A stretch of 64,000 bases of DNA from Bacteroidales bacterium (lineage in GTDB: Bacteria > Bacteroidota > Bacteroidia > Bacteroidales > P3): positions 66,473 to 130,472 of the forward strand of contig JAKVOZ010000002.1 of NCBI GenBank assembly GCA_022482545.1, read 5' to 3'. The notes below the pieces were generated by a model. That model worked only from the letters and a program-made list of their open reading frames with translations, did not search any database and was not told the DNA's origin. Position numbers and translations under genes: made by a program. This document shows positions 11,955-20,641 of the stretch, piece by piece. Every line of letters starts with the position of its first letter. The stretch's first letter is position 1.

Positions 11955-13304
11955 ATGAAACGATTTATCAATACATTAAAAAATATCTGGAGTATAAAAG
12001 ATTTAAGAGAGAGACTTTTATATACATTAGGATTAATCTTAGTATATAGAATAGGCTCTTATGTTGTTATTCCTGGTATAAATCCTTCTGATTTGGGGAC
12101 TTTACAAAGCCAAACAAAAGATGGAGTACTTGGTTTATTAAATATGTTTTCTGGTGGTGCTTTTTCACACGCATCAATTTTTGCGTTAGGAATTATGCCA
12201 TATATCACAGCTTCCATTGTTGTACAACTATTAACAATGGTAGTACCTTATTTCATTAAAATGCAAAAAGAAGGAGAAAGTGGTAGAAACAAAATTAATC
12301 AGATGACACGTTGGCTTACTATACCAGTAACAATATTCCAATCTTTTGCATATATATCAAGTATTAGACAACAAATAGGTAATGCAAACATTTATAATAT
12401 ATTTGGAGGAGATAGTTTGACATTTTTGAACTGGGTACTTCCAATATCAATATTATTAACATGTGGAACATTGTTTGTTATGTGGCTTGGAGAAAGAATT
12501 ACAGATAAAGGTATAGGTAATGGTATTTCATTGTTAATTATGATAGGTATTATAGCTCGTTTGCCATTTGCTCTATTTGCTGAATTCGCTTCAAGAATGG
12601 AAGCCTTAGGTGGTGGATTAGTAATATTCTTTGTTGAATTAGTAATATTATTAGTAGTTATTATGCTTTGTATATTATTAGTTCAAGGTACAAGAAGAAT
12701 ACCAGTACAATATGCTAAGAGAATAGTAGGAAATAAACAATATGGTGGAACTCGTCAATATATACCAATAAAGGTTAATGCTGCGGGAGTTATGCCAATA
12801 ATCTTTGCTCAGGCAATAATGTTTATTCCTGTTACATTACTTGGTTTTTCAAGTGGAACATCTACACAAGGAATAAGGGCAGCGTTATCAAATTTTGATG
12901 GATTTTGGTATAATTTCATATTTGCTATATTAGTAATTTTATTTACATATTTCTATACAGCAGTTGCTATTAATCCAAAACAAATGTCAGATGATATGAA
13001 AAGAAATGGAGGTTTTATTCCAGGTATTAAGCCAGGGAATAAGACAGAGGAGTTTTTTGATAACATATTATCTAAGATAACATTACCAGGATCTATATTT
13101 TTAGCAATAGTAGCTATATTACCAGCAATAGTTAGACTATTTAATGTTAATACACAATTTGCACAATTCTATGGAGGAACATCATTACTAATCTTAGTAG
13201 GAGTAGTTTTAGATACACTTCAACAAATAGAGAGTCATTTGTTAATGAGACATTATGATGGTTTAACAAAGACAGGAAGAATCAAAGGAAGAGGACAATA
13301 TTAA
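11955..13304 (+). CDS. secY: preprotein translocase subunit SecY
   Basis: 449 aa polytopic membrane protein, LGIMPYITASIVVQLL motif. Canonical position. Confidence 0.96.
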   Translation: MKRFINTLKNIWSIKDLRERLLYTLGLILVYRIGSYVVIPGINPSDLGTLQSQTKDGVLGLLNMFSGGAFSHASIFALGIMPYITASIVVQLLTMVVPYFIKMQKEGESGRNKINQMTRWLTIPVTIFQSFAYISSIRQQIGNANIYNIFGGDSLTFLNWVLPISILLTCGTLFVMWLGERITDKGIGNGISLLIMIGIIARLPFALFAEFASRMEALGGGLVIFFVELVILLVVIMLCILLVQGTRRIPVQYAKRIVGNKQYGGTRQYIPIKVNAAGVMPIIFAQAIMFIPVTLLGFSSGTSTQGIRAALSNFDGFWYNFIFAILVILFTYFYTAVAINPKQMSDDMKRNGGFIPGIKPGNKTEEFFDNILSKITLPGSIFLAIVAILPAIVRLFNVNTQFAQFYGGTSLLILVGVVLDTLQQIESHLLMRHYDGLTKTGRIKGRGQY

Positions 13305-13339
13305 TAAATAATAATTAAGGAAGGAGTAATTTTTAAATA

Positions 13340-14134
13340 ATGATACGTACAAAAACACCGGAAGAAATAGAAGAAATGAGAAAAAGTGCACTTTTAGTTG
13401 GTGATACTTTGGCTGAGCTGTCAAAACATATTAAGCCAGGTATTACAACAAAAGAGTTAGATTCTATTGGTGAAGATTTTATACGATCACATGGAGCTAC
13501 TCCGACCTTTAAAGGTTATTTTGATTATCCAGCTTCTCTTTGTATTTCTATCAATGAAGTGGTAGTACATGGAATACCAGGTAAGAGAGAGATTAAAGAA
13601 GGCGATGTTATATCAATAGATTGTGGAACAACATTAAATGGTTGGGTTGGTGATTCGGCTTATACTTTTGCAGTTAAAGGTATAAAAGATGAAGACAAAC
13701 AATTATTGAAAGTAACAAAAGAATCTTTATATTTAGGGATAAAAACTTGTCAAGTTGGACATAGACTTGGAGATTTAGGTTATACAATACAATCATATTG
13801 TGAATCGTTTGGATATGGAGTTGTTAGAGAGCTTTGTGGACATGGTGTTGGACATCAAATGCACGAAGATCCTAATGTACTTAATTATGGTAGACAAGGT
13901 ACAGGTGCAAAATTTAGAGAAGGAATGACAATAGCAATAGAACCTATGATAACATTGGGTAATAAAGAGGTTGTTTTTCAATCAGATGGATGGACTTGTA
14001 CAACGATAGATAATTCAACGGCAGCACATTATGAACATGATATAGCCATTACAAAAGATGGTCCAACAATATTATCAAGTTTTGAACAGATAGAAAAAGC
14101 AATAGGAACAAATAATAATTTAGAATTAATTTAA
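13340..14134 (+). CDS. map: type I methionine aminopeptidase
   Basis: 264 aa, VVVHGIP, DCG...GDSAYTF, GHGVG, IEPM motifs. Confidence 0.94.
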   Translation: MIRTKTPEEIEEMRKSALLVGDTLAELSKHIKPGITTKELDSIGEDFIRSHGATPTFKGYFDYPASLCISINEVVVHGIPGKREIKEGDVISIDCGTTLNGWVGDSAYTFAVKGIKDEDKQLLKVTKESLYLGIKTCQVGHRLGDLGYTIQSYCESFGYGVVRELCGHGVGHQMHEDPNVLNYGRQGTGAKFREGMTIAIEPMITLGNKEVVFQSDGWTCTTIDNSTAAHYEHDIAITKDGPTILSSFEQIEKAIGTNNNLELI

Positions 14135-14139
14135 AAAAT

Positions 14140-14358
14140 ATGGCAAAACAAGTATCCATCCAATTAGACGGAGTGGTTTTAGAATCATTAGGAAACGCAA
14201 TGTTCAGTGTAGAGTTAGAAAATGGACATGTAATAATAGCACATATCTCAGGAAAAATGAGAATGCACTATATAAAAATACTACCTGGCGATAAAGTTCA
14301 AGTAGAAATGTCTCCTTATGATTTGACAAAAGGAAGGATAACTTATAGACATAAATAG
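14140..14358 (+). CDS. infA: translation initiation factor IF-1
   Basis: 72 aa S1-like, [16 protein letters not shown]. Confidence 0.95.
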   Translation: MAKQVSIQLDGVVLESLGNAMFSVELENGHVIIAHISGKMRMHYIKILPGDKVQVEMSPYDLTKGRITYRHK

Positions 14359-14385
14359 TATAACACAATAAATAATTATAGAAAA

Positions 14386-14502
14386 ATGAAAGTAAAAACC
14401 TCAGTAAAGAAAAGATCTCCTGAATGTATAGTCGTTCGAAGAAAAGGAGTTGTTTATGTGATTAATAAAAAGAATCCAAAATATAAACAAAGACAAGGTT
14501 GA
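14386..14502 (+). CDS. rpmJ: 50S ribosomal protein L36 (Cys-poor form)
   Basis: Not in the ORF track (38 aa). Manual translation [38 protein letters not shown]. Slot between infA and rpsM. Confidence 0.9.
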   Translation: MKVKTSVKKRSPECIVVRRKGVVYVINKKNPKYKQRQG

Positions 14503-14551
14503 TTTATTAACTAGACAAATTATAAAAACTTAAAAAATATAAAAAAGGTTT

Positions 14552-14929
14552 ATGGCAAGAATTGCAGGTATAGACTTACCTAAAAATAAAAGAGGAGTAA
14601 TTGGTTTGACCTATATATATGGTATAGGTAGAAGTTTATCTTCTAAGATATTAGCAAAAGCTGGAATCGATGAAAATAAAAAGGTAAGTGAATGGAATGA
14701 CGATGAACAAAATGCTATTCGTAACATAATAAGTGAAGAATGCAAAGTAGAAGGCGATCTCCGTTCAGAAGTACAAATGAACATTAAACGTTTGATGGAT
14801 ATAGGTTGTTATAGAGGAATCCGTCATCGTATAGGTCTTCCAGTACGTGGACAAAGTACAAAGAATAACGCAAGAACACGTAAAGGAAAGAAGAAGACAG
14901 TTGCAAATAAGAAGAAGGCAACTAAATAG
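14552..14929 (+). CDS. rpsM: 30S ribosomal protein S13
   Basis: 125 aa, [10 protein letters not shown]...CYRGIRHR. Confidence 0.95.
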   Translation: MARIAGIDLPKNKRGVIGLTYIYGIGRSLSSKILAKAGIDENKKVSEWNDDEQNAIRNIISEECKVEGDLRSEVQMNIKRLMDIGCYRGIRHRIGLPVRGQSTKNNARTRKGKKKTVANKKKATK

Positions 14930-15015
14930 TTAAATAATTAAAAGAAACAACTAAGTGCGGATCATATAAAATAATTTTGGAGCATTTAGTAAAAAACAAA
15001 ATTGCATAAAAGAAA

Positions 15016-15405
15016 ATGGCAAAAAGTTCAAAACCAACAAAGAAAAGAGTAGTCAAAGTAGAACCTCAAGGAAAGGCATTCATCTTTGCATCTTTCAACA
15101 ATTGCATTGTTTCTTTGACAAACAATGCAGGACAAGTTATCTCTTGGTCATCAGCAGGTAAGATGGGATTTAGAGGATCAAAGAAAAATACTCCGTATGC
15201 ATCACAAATGGCAGCAGAAGATTGCGCTAAGGCTGCATATGATTATGGTTTAAGAAAAGTAAAAGTATTTGTAAAAGGTCCAGGAGCAGGACGTGAGTCT
15301 GCAATAAGAGCTATAAATACTTCAGGTATTGAGGTTATGGAAATAACAGATGTTACTCCATTACCACATAACGGATGTCGTCCACCAAAAAGAAGACGTG
15401 TATAA
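15016..15405 (+). CDS. rpsK: 30S ribosomal protein S11
   Basis: 129 aa, [14 protein letters not shown]...[13 protein letters not shown]. Confidence 0.95.
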   Translation: MAKSSKPTKKRVVKVEPQGKAFIFASFNNCIVSLTNNAGQVISWSSAGKMGFRGSKKNTPYASQMAAEDCAKAAYDYGLRKVKVFVKGPGAGRESAIRAINTSGIEVMEITDVTPLPHNGCRPPKRRRV

Positions 15406-15445
15406 TTAAGTATTGTGTTGAATAAAATAAAAAGGAAATAAAACT

Positions 15446-16048
15446 ATGGCAAGATATACAGGACCAAAAACTAAAATAGCAAGGAAATTTAGAGAACCTA
15501 TTTTTGGGGCAGATAAATCTTATGATAAAAAGAGTTATCCACCAGGACAACATGGAATAAATAAAAGAAGAGCAAAACAATCTGAATACGGTGCTCAGTT
15601 AATGGAAAAACAAAAAGCTAAATATACATATGGTATATTAGAAAGACAATTCCGTAAATTATTTGAGCAAGCATCTCGTAAAGGTGGTGTTACAGGTGAA
15701 GTTTTATTACAATTAATAGAATCAAGATTAGACAATGTTGTATATCGTTTAGGTATAGCTCATACACGTAGTCAAGCTCGTCAATTAGTTTCTCATAAAC
15801 ATATAACTGTTAATGGACAAGTTGTTAATATACCATCATATTTATTAAGAGCTGGCGATATAGTTGGAGTTAGAGAACGTTCTAAATCTTTGGAAATAAT
15901 AACAGATTCTCTTTCATCAAAATCTTCTTATTCTTGGTTAGAATGGGACGATAGCAAAATGGAAGGTAAATTTATGAGCTATCCAGAAAGAGCAGATATT
16001 CCAGAGAACATAAAAGAACAATCAATAGTTGAGTTGTATTCTAAATAA
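15446..16048 (+). CDS. rpsD: 30S ribosomal protein S4
   Basis: 200 aa, [16 protein letters not shown]4 domain LDNVVYRLG. Confidence 0.95.
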   Translation: MARYTGPKTKIARKFREPIFGADKSYDKKSYPPGQHGINKRRAKQSEYGAQLMEKQKAKYTYGILERQFRKLFEQASRKGGVTGEVLLQLIESRLDNVVYRLGIAHTRSQARQLVSHKHITVNGQVVNIPSYLLRAGDIVGVRERSKSLEIITDSLSSKSSYSWLEWDDSKMEGKFMSYPERADIPENIKEQSIVELYSK

Positions 16049-16071
16049 TAGATAAAAATAATAAAATTAAT

Positions 16072-17064
16072 ATGGCCATATTAGCTTTTCAACAACCTGA
16101 CAAGGTTATAATGATAGAGTCAGACGATTTTAAAGGTAAATTTGAGTTTCGTCCACTCGAACCTGGCTATGGAATGACAATAGGAAATGCTTTGCGTAGA
16201 ATATTGTTATCTTCATTAGAAGGTTTTGCAATTACCTCAATACGTATTGATGGTGTTAATCATGAGTTTGATACAATTCATGGCGTAGTTGAAGATATGA
16301 CAGAAATCATTCTTAACTTAAAACAATTATGTTTTAAACGTCAGATAGAAAATCAAGATAGTGAAGAGGTAACATTCAAGATAGAAGGAAAATCAGTATT
16401 TAAAGCAGGAGATATTAATAAATCTTTAAATGCTTTTCAAGTATTGAATACTGATGTAGAAATATGCCACATGGAACCTTCAGTTAGTTTAAATATTACT
16501 ATGAGGATTGAAAAAGGAAGAGGATATGTGCCTTCAGAAGAGAACGTTAAAACGAATGATCCAATAGGAACAATAGCAATAGATTCCATATTTACTCCAA
16601 TAAAGAATGTTCAATATTCTATAGAGAATTATCGTGTGGAGCAAAGAACGGACTATGAAAAACTAATTTTTGAGATAGAAACAGATGGTTCAATAACACC
16701 TAAGAATGCTTTAAAAGAAGCAGCTTTGATATTGATTCAGCATTTTGTATTATTCTCAGATGAGAAAATTGATATTCAAACAGAAATCAAATCAGCTTCT
16801 GATGAATTTGATGAAGAAACACTTCACATCCGTCAATTGTTAAAGACTAAATTGGTAGATATGGATTTGTCAGTAAGAGCATTGAATTGTTTGAAATCAG
16901 CAGAAGTTGAGACATTAGGAGAACTTGTTTGTTTTTCAAAAGCAGACTTATTGAAGTTTAGAAATTTTGGAAGAAAATCACTTACAGAATTAGAAAACTT
17001 AGTCAAATCAAAGAACTTAGAGTTCGGTATGGATATTTCAAAGTATAAATTAGAAAAAGAGTAA
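16072..17064 (+). CDS. rpoA: DNA-directed RNA polymerase subunit alpha
   Basis: 330 aa, [12 protein letters not shown]-terminal domain [10 protein letters not shown]...NFGRKSL. Confidence 0.96.
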   Translation: MAILAFQQPDKVIMIESDDFKGKFEFRPLEPGYGMTIGNALRRILLSSLEGFAITSIRIDGVNHEFDTIHGVVEDMTEIILNLKQLCFKRQIENQDSEEVTFKIEGKSVFKAGDINKSLNAFQVLNTDVEICHMEPSVSLNITMRIEKGRGYVPSEENVKTNDPIGTIAIDSIFTPIKNVQYSIENYRVEQRTDYEKLIFEIETDGSITPKNALKEAALILIQHFVLFSDEKIDIQTEIKSASDEFDEETLHIRQLLKTKLVDMDLSVRALNCLKSAEVETLGELVCFSKADLLKFRNFGRKSLTELENLVKSKNLEFGMDISKYKLEKE

Positions 17065-17068
17065 GAAA

Positions 17069-17605
17069 ATGAGACACGGTTGTAAAGTAAATCATTTATC
17101 AAGGACATCAGCACATAGAGCATCTTTGTTGTCAAATATGGCAACGTCTTTGATAATGCATAAAAGAATAGAAACAACTTTGGCAAAAGCTAAAGCATTA
17201 AGAAAATACGTAGAACCATTAATAACAAAAAGTAAAGAAGATTCAACACACCAAAGAAGAATTGTGTTTAGTTATCTTAGAGATAAAGATGCTGTAACAG
17301 AATTATTCAGAGAAGTATCTCAAAAGGTTGCTGATCGTCCAGGTGGTTATACAAGAATACTTAAACTTGGAAGACGTTTAGGTGATGGAGCAGAAATGGC
17401 AATGATGGAACTTGTTGATTACAACGAAAATATGTTGAAAGAAACAGTTGCTAAGAAAGCTAAGACAACACGTAGAGGTGGTAAGAAAAAAGCTACTGAA
17501 ACAACAGAAACTCCAAAAACTGAGGCAAAAGCAGAAGAAGTAAAAACTGAAGCTACGGTTGAAGAAAATAAACCAGCAACAGATGATACTACAAAAACTG
17601 AATAG
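17069..17605 (+). CDS. rplQ: 50S ribosomal protein L17 (K/E/T-rich C-terminal extension)
   Basis: 178 aa, [17 protein letters not shown]. Last gene of the alpha block. Confidence 0.94.
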   Translation: MRHGCKVNHLSRTSAHRASLLSNMATSLIMHKRIETTLAKAKALRKYVEPLITKSKEDSTHQRRIVFSYLRDKDAVTELFREVSQKVADRPGGYTRILKLGRRLGDGAEMAMMELVDYNENMLKETVAKKAKTTRRGGKKKATETTETPKTEAKAEEVKTEATVEENKPATDDTTKTE

Positions 17606-17638
17606 ATTTTTATAATCATATAATTATTTAAATAAAGA

Positions 17639-17668
17639 AAGAACCTTTTTATTAAGGTTCTTTTTTTT
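17639..17668 (+). terminator. intrinsic terminator of the ribosomal superoperon
   Basis: Perfect 9-bp stem AAGAACCTT/AAGGTTCTT, 6-nt loop, then a T8 run. Confidence 0.75.
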
Positions 17669-17885
17669 GTATCTGTGCAAAATGTCTAAATTTTTTTTTC
17701 TATTCTTCTCAATAAATATTTTTAAGTTAGACATATGAAAGATTAAAATTCTATAGTATATTGTTGAGCAAACATATTCAATTTGCAAACAATACAATAC
17801 ATATAATAATTATTAGTTTTTTCATTGTTAATTAGTTCTTATTTCTCATATAGTATTATCATAAGATAACTTAATTATTTCGCCA

Positions 17886-17893
17886 CAAAGGTA
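17886..17893 (-). promoter_or_regulatory. Bacteroides-type -7 box TACCTTTG (no intact gene downstream)
   Basis: Plus-strand CAAAGGTA matches the TAnnTTTG consensus on the minus strand. Identical box in the second repeat copy. Confidence 0.4.
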
Positions 17894-17978
17894 GTTATAT
17901 TTATTGAAAGATTGTTATTTTATTTTGATTTGATTATAAAAAACATACTGCGAAATCCAGTACATCTATTTTCTTTTT

Positions 17979-18076
17979 GCGATGTACTGCCAGTACATTA
18001 GCAATGTATTACCAGTACAACAGCGATGTATTATCAGTACATTAGCAATGTACTGGCAGTACAACAGCGATGTATT
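17979..18076. repeat. A-array copy 1: 4.5 tandem 22-bp units of ATGTAYTR-N-CAGTACA palindromes
   Basis: Units at 17979, 18001, 18023, 18045 and 18067. Perfect palindrome ATGTACTGcCAGTACAT at 17982-17998. Confidence 0.95.
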
Positions 18077-18214
18077 TTATTCTTTCTTTATTCTATTAAA
18101 ATGGATTGCTATTCTAATTCATTATAACAAAGTCTCAATTTCTTTATGTCTCAAAAAAAACACCTTCCTTAATAAAAATTCTATTTATTATCTTCAATAT
18201 GTCAAATTACAAAA

Positions 18215-18886
18215 CTACTTATTTTTTAATTGCTTTAAACACCTCTCTATATTTTTAGAATTATTACTTTTAGGCATTAATTTTAATAATCTATTATATG
18301 ATATAATTTTATGCATAAAAAACCATAAAAAATAAGAGAAATGTTCTCCTTTACTTTCTAATCCTCTTGTCCCCGCAAAATATGGATCTTTACGTTCAAA
18401 TTTTACATCATCATTTACAATACAATCAAATTTTAAATAATCATAATTAATACCTCTATTTACAATTATATTTATAGGTATATTATACGGTATTTCCCCT
18501 GTTTCTATTAAATAATTAGGTACTAATAAATATTTTATAGCCATAATAACACTATCTGGTATACTATCACTTGAAAAATCTTGTATTTTTTTTATCACAT
18601 CCATTTTAAGGAAAACAGCTGGAGTTATAGCACTTATAGTTAAATTTTTATCTAAAGAAATGAAATCTATTGTTTTATAATATTTACAAGTGCATTTTTC
18701 TATTATTTTTACTTTTAAAACATAATCTCTCATATCAGAATAACATACATTTGTATCTATTGGTAACATTGGCTTAGATGGAAGATACATATCTTTTGGA
18801 TATGTAATAGTATCTAATACTTGAGACAAGACTGTTATATAACAAAATATTGTTATTATAAATATAATATATTTTTTCATAATCAA
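18215..18886 (-). CDS. predicted immunity protein for the upstream Rhs-CT toxin (N-terminal signal peptide or membrane anchor)
   Basis: 223 aa. The ATGA overlap with the toxin stop (18883-18886) suggests translational coupling. N-terminus MIMKKYIIFIITIFCYITVLSQ. I recognise no family. Confidence 0.6.
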   Translation of the reverse strand: MIMKKYIIFIITIFCYITVLSQVLDTITYPKDMYLPSKPMLPIDTNVCYSDMRDYVLKVKIIEKCTCKYYKTIDFISLDKNLTISAITPAVFLKMDVIKKIQDFSSDSIPDSVIMAIKYLLVPNYLIETGEIPYNIPINIIVNRGINYDYLKFDCIVNDDVKFERKDPYFAGTRGLESKGEHFSYFLWFFMHKIISYNRLLKLMPKSNNSKNIERCLKQLKNK

Positions 18887-19893
18887 TATACTCCTGTATG
18901 TCTATAAACTTGTTGTGTAGGACGTTCAAAAGAAGAAGCAGGTGTCGGTTCTTCAGAATATGTCGGCAATTCTACTGTAACATCCTTTCTTAAATAATCC
19001 TTTTTACTTACATTAACATATATATCATTTCCACTCATAATTTGCATTTCAGTCGGTACATAATATTGACCATTTTTAAAATATTTATCATAATTCATAC
19101 TTAAATTCTCTGAAAATTCTTTTGCTTGTAATTCTAATAATAACAAAGTTTCCCTATCCATTCCTTTAAATTTCCATGTCCCATCATCTATTTGTTTACA
19201 ATGGAATAACTCTTCTGTTAAGATATCAACATCTGTTCCTCCATAAGATATATTTAATGGATTTCCCCATGAAACAACAAGATCTTCTGATACTTCTCTT
19301 TCACTTAAATATTTTGATTTTGTGGGAATTTCAAAAGAATTTTTTGTACTATTCATTATTTGTTTCATTAGATTTTTACCCTCGTTCCCTGATTTATAAA
19401 TATGTTGCATAGTTTGTATTCTTTCATCAGTAGATTCTATTTCCATATCATTTTCTGTAACTTTATGAATTCGTTGTCCATCCTCATCTAAAATCCAAAT
19501 TTCTTTTCCATTCGGGTCAATAAGTTTTACAGGATTATCTGCACAATAAACATAAGGTGAAAGTGATGGATATTTATCACTCATCGGGTCTACACTTAAC
19601 CAACTTAGCTTCTCACTATCATAATATCTCGCTCCATAATAATTATATCCACTCTCTGCGTCTTTCTCCTTTCCATTAAACTTATATACTCCCAAATTAC
19701 TCTCTACTGGCATCAAATCAAAATATTGCAAATCTACCCAATCTTCTCCATATGGCAGATAATTCAATGTCTGTGTTACTTTACCATCACCATTCGTTAC
19801 GTATGATGCACTTCCTAAATGGTCTGAATGATAATAAAACGCTGGCTCCTTTTCTTTCTTTCCTATATAGTTATATGACTTCTTTCTTTCCAT
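18883..19893 (-). CDS. orphan Rhs/YD-repeat C-terminal fragment carrying a polymorphic toxin domain of unassigned family
   Basis: 336 aa. YD repeats (YYHSDHLGSASYVTNGDGKV, YNYYGARYYDSEKLSWLSVDP) and the core-end motif PVKLIDPNG at about aa 121-129. About 205 aa of unrelated C-terminal sequence follows. Far too short for a full Rhs protein. Confidence 0.8.
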   Translation of the reverse strand: MERKKSYNYIGKKEKEPAFYYHSDHLGSASYVTNGDGKVTQTLNYLPYGEDWVDLQYFDLMPVESNLGVYKFNGKEKDAESGYNYYGARYYDSEKLSWLSVDPMSDKYPSLSPYVYCADNPVKLIDPNGKEIWILDEDGQRIHKVTENDMEIESTDERIQTMQHIYKSGNEGKNLMKQIMNSTKNSFEIPTKSKYLSEREVSEDLVVSWGNPLNISYGGTDVDILTEELFHCKQIDDGTWKFKGMDRETLLLLELQAKEFSENLSMNYDKYFKNGQYYVPTEMQIMSGNDIYVNVSKKDYLRKDVTVELPTYSEEPTPASSFERPTQQVYRHTGVY

Positions 19894-19916
19894 AAGAAAA
19901 CTTAATTATTTCGCTA

Positions 19917-19924
19917 CAAAGGTA
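19917..19924 (-). promoter_or_regulatory. Bacteroides-type -7 box TACCTTTG upstream of the Rhs-CT gene
   Basis: Matches TAnnTTTG on the minus strand, 24 nt upstream of the ATG at 19893. Confidence 0.5.
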
Positions 19925-20018
19925 GTTATTTATTTTGATTTAAAAGAAAGATTGTTCTTTTATTTTGATTTGATTATAAAAAACAGATTACAAAATCCAG
20001 TACAACCATTTTCTTTTT

Positions 20019-20116
20019 GCGATGTACTGCCAGTACATTAGCAATGTATTATCAGTACAACAGCGATGTATTATCAGTACATTAGCAATGTACTGGTAGT
20101 ACAACAGCGATGTATT
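20019..20116. repeat. A-array copy 2
   Basis: Same 4.5 x 22-bp structure as 17979-18076, with 2 mismatches. Confidence 0.95.
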
Positions 20117-20191
20117 TTATTATCTCTTGATTCTATTTTACTGGATTAAAGAACTATTTAATCTTTGTAATTCCTTGTTTATTAGAGTGCT

Positions 20192-20641
20192 TTATTCGGT
20201 AATTTTTTCAATAGAAATATTGAAATTAAAGAAAGATTTATCTCTTAATAAATATAATATGGAATAATATATCAATATGATTATTACAGCAAACAAAGCT
20301 ATTAAAGGGTCGGAAAGATGAAAAACAGAAGATGTTAAACTAATTGAAAGAATGATTAATAGCATTGGATAAACAAAAGCTATCATCACGGCTTTCATTG
20401 CTTTTTTCTCTGGAATTTTTACCGTAACTTTTTCGCCAACAGTGTATAACTCAGGATTTTTTTCAATGACAAGAATATCTTTTCCTTTTGTTGAAGTTTT
20501 TTCGCAGGCACTTTTTACGGCACAACTGCTACATGCTTCTCTTTTTTGAATGCGTACAATTATTTGTTTTTCAACAATACTCGTTATTATGCCTTCTTCT
20601 GTGTTGCAACTTGTAGGTCTTTCTGTCTCTTTCATAATCAT
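20192..20641 (-). CDS. RseC/MucC-family (SoxR-reducing system) membrane protein
   Basis: 149 aa. N-terminal Cys cluster CSSCAVKSAC followed by two TM helices. Start overlaps the batD/E stop by 1 nt. Confidence 0.65.
   Translation of the reverse strand: MIMKETERPTSCNTEEGIITSIVEKQIIVRIQKREACSSCAVKSACEKTSTKGKDILVIEKNPELYTVGEKVTVKIPEKKAMKAVMIAFVYPMLLIILSISLTSSVFHLSDPLIALFAVIIILIYYSILYLLRDKSFFNFNISIEKITE

Larger units (their letters stand above)
17860..18125 (-). repeat. leader repeat copy 1 (start codon, promoter box, AAGATTGTT word, A-array, C-like words)
   Basis: Aligns by eye with 19891-20160, with one roughly 10-bp indel. The array portions differ at 2 of 98 positions. Confidence 0.9.
19891..20160 (-). 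repeat. leader repeat copy 2
   Basis: Direct repeat of 17860-18125, in the same orientation. Confidence 0.9.

Noticed and set aside
14950-14990. Hairpin ACTAAGTGC...GCATTTAGT in the rpsM-rpsK spacer as a possible ribosomal-protein autoregulatory site
   Set aside because: It is a 9-bp stem with one wobble pair and a 23-nt loop in AT-rich DNA. Without comparative data I cannot distinguish it from chance.
607-17619. Antisense or off-frame ORFs inside ribosomal genes (607-825, 684-1031, 899-1111, 5975-6325, 6445-6750, 7434-7817, 9109-9297, 10142-10507, 10498-10797, 11656-11919, 13793-13981, 15353-15580, 16833-17186, 17419-17619)
   Set aside because: All lie within strongly supported conserved genes. 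Their composition is L/F/I/S-rich, as expected for the reverse strand of AT-rich coding DNA, and I recognise no motifs in them.
17982-18335. 117-aa plus-strand ORF (MYCQYISNVLPVQQRCIISTLAMYWQYNSD...) reading through the A-array
   Set aside because: Its N-terminal third is a translation of the 22-bp DNA repeat, and its 3' end overlaps the immunity gene on the opposite strand. There is no promoter or start context. It is an artefact of repeat periodicity in AT-rich DNA.
17979-20116. Tn7/Mu-like transposon ends or plasmid-type iterons (multiple 22-bp sites) flanking the Rhs cassette
   Set aside because: The two arrays are in direct, not inverted, orientation. No transposase, Rep or partition gene lies between or beside them. 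The homology extends about 150 bp beyond the arrays as a plain direct repeat.
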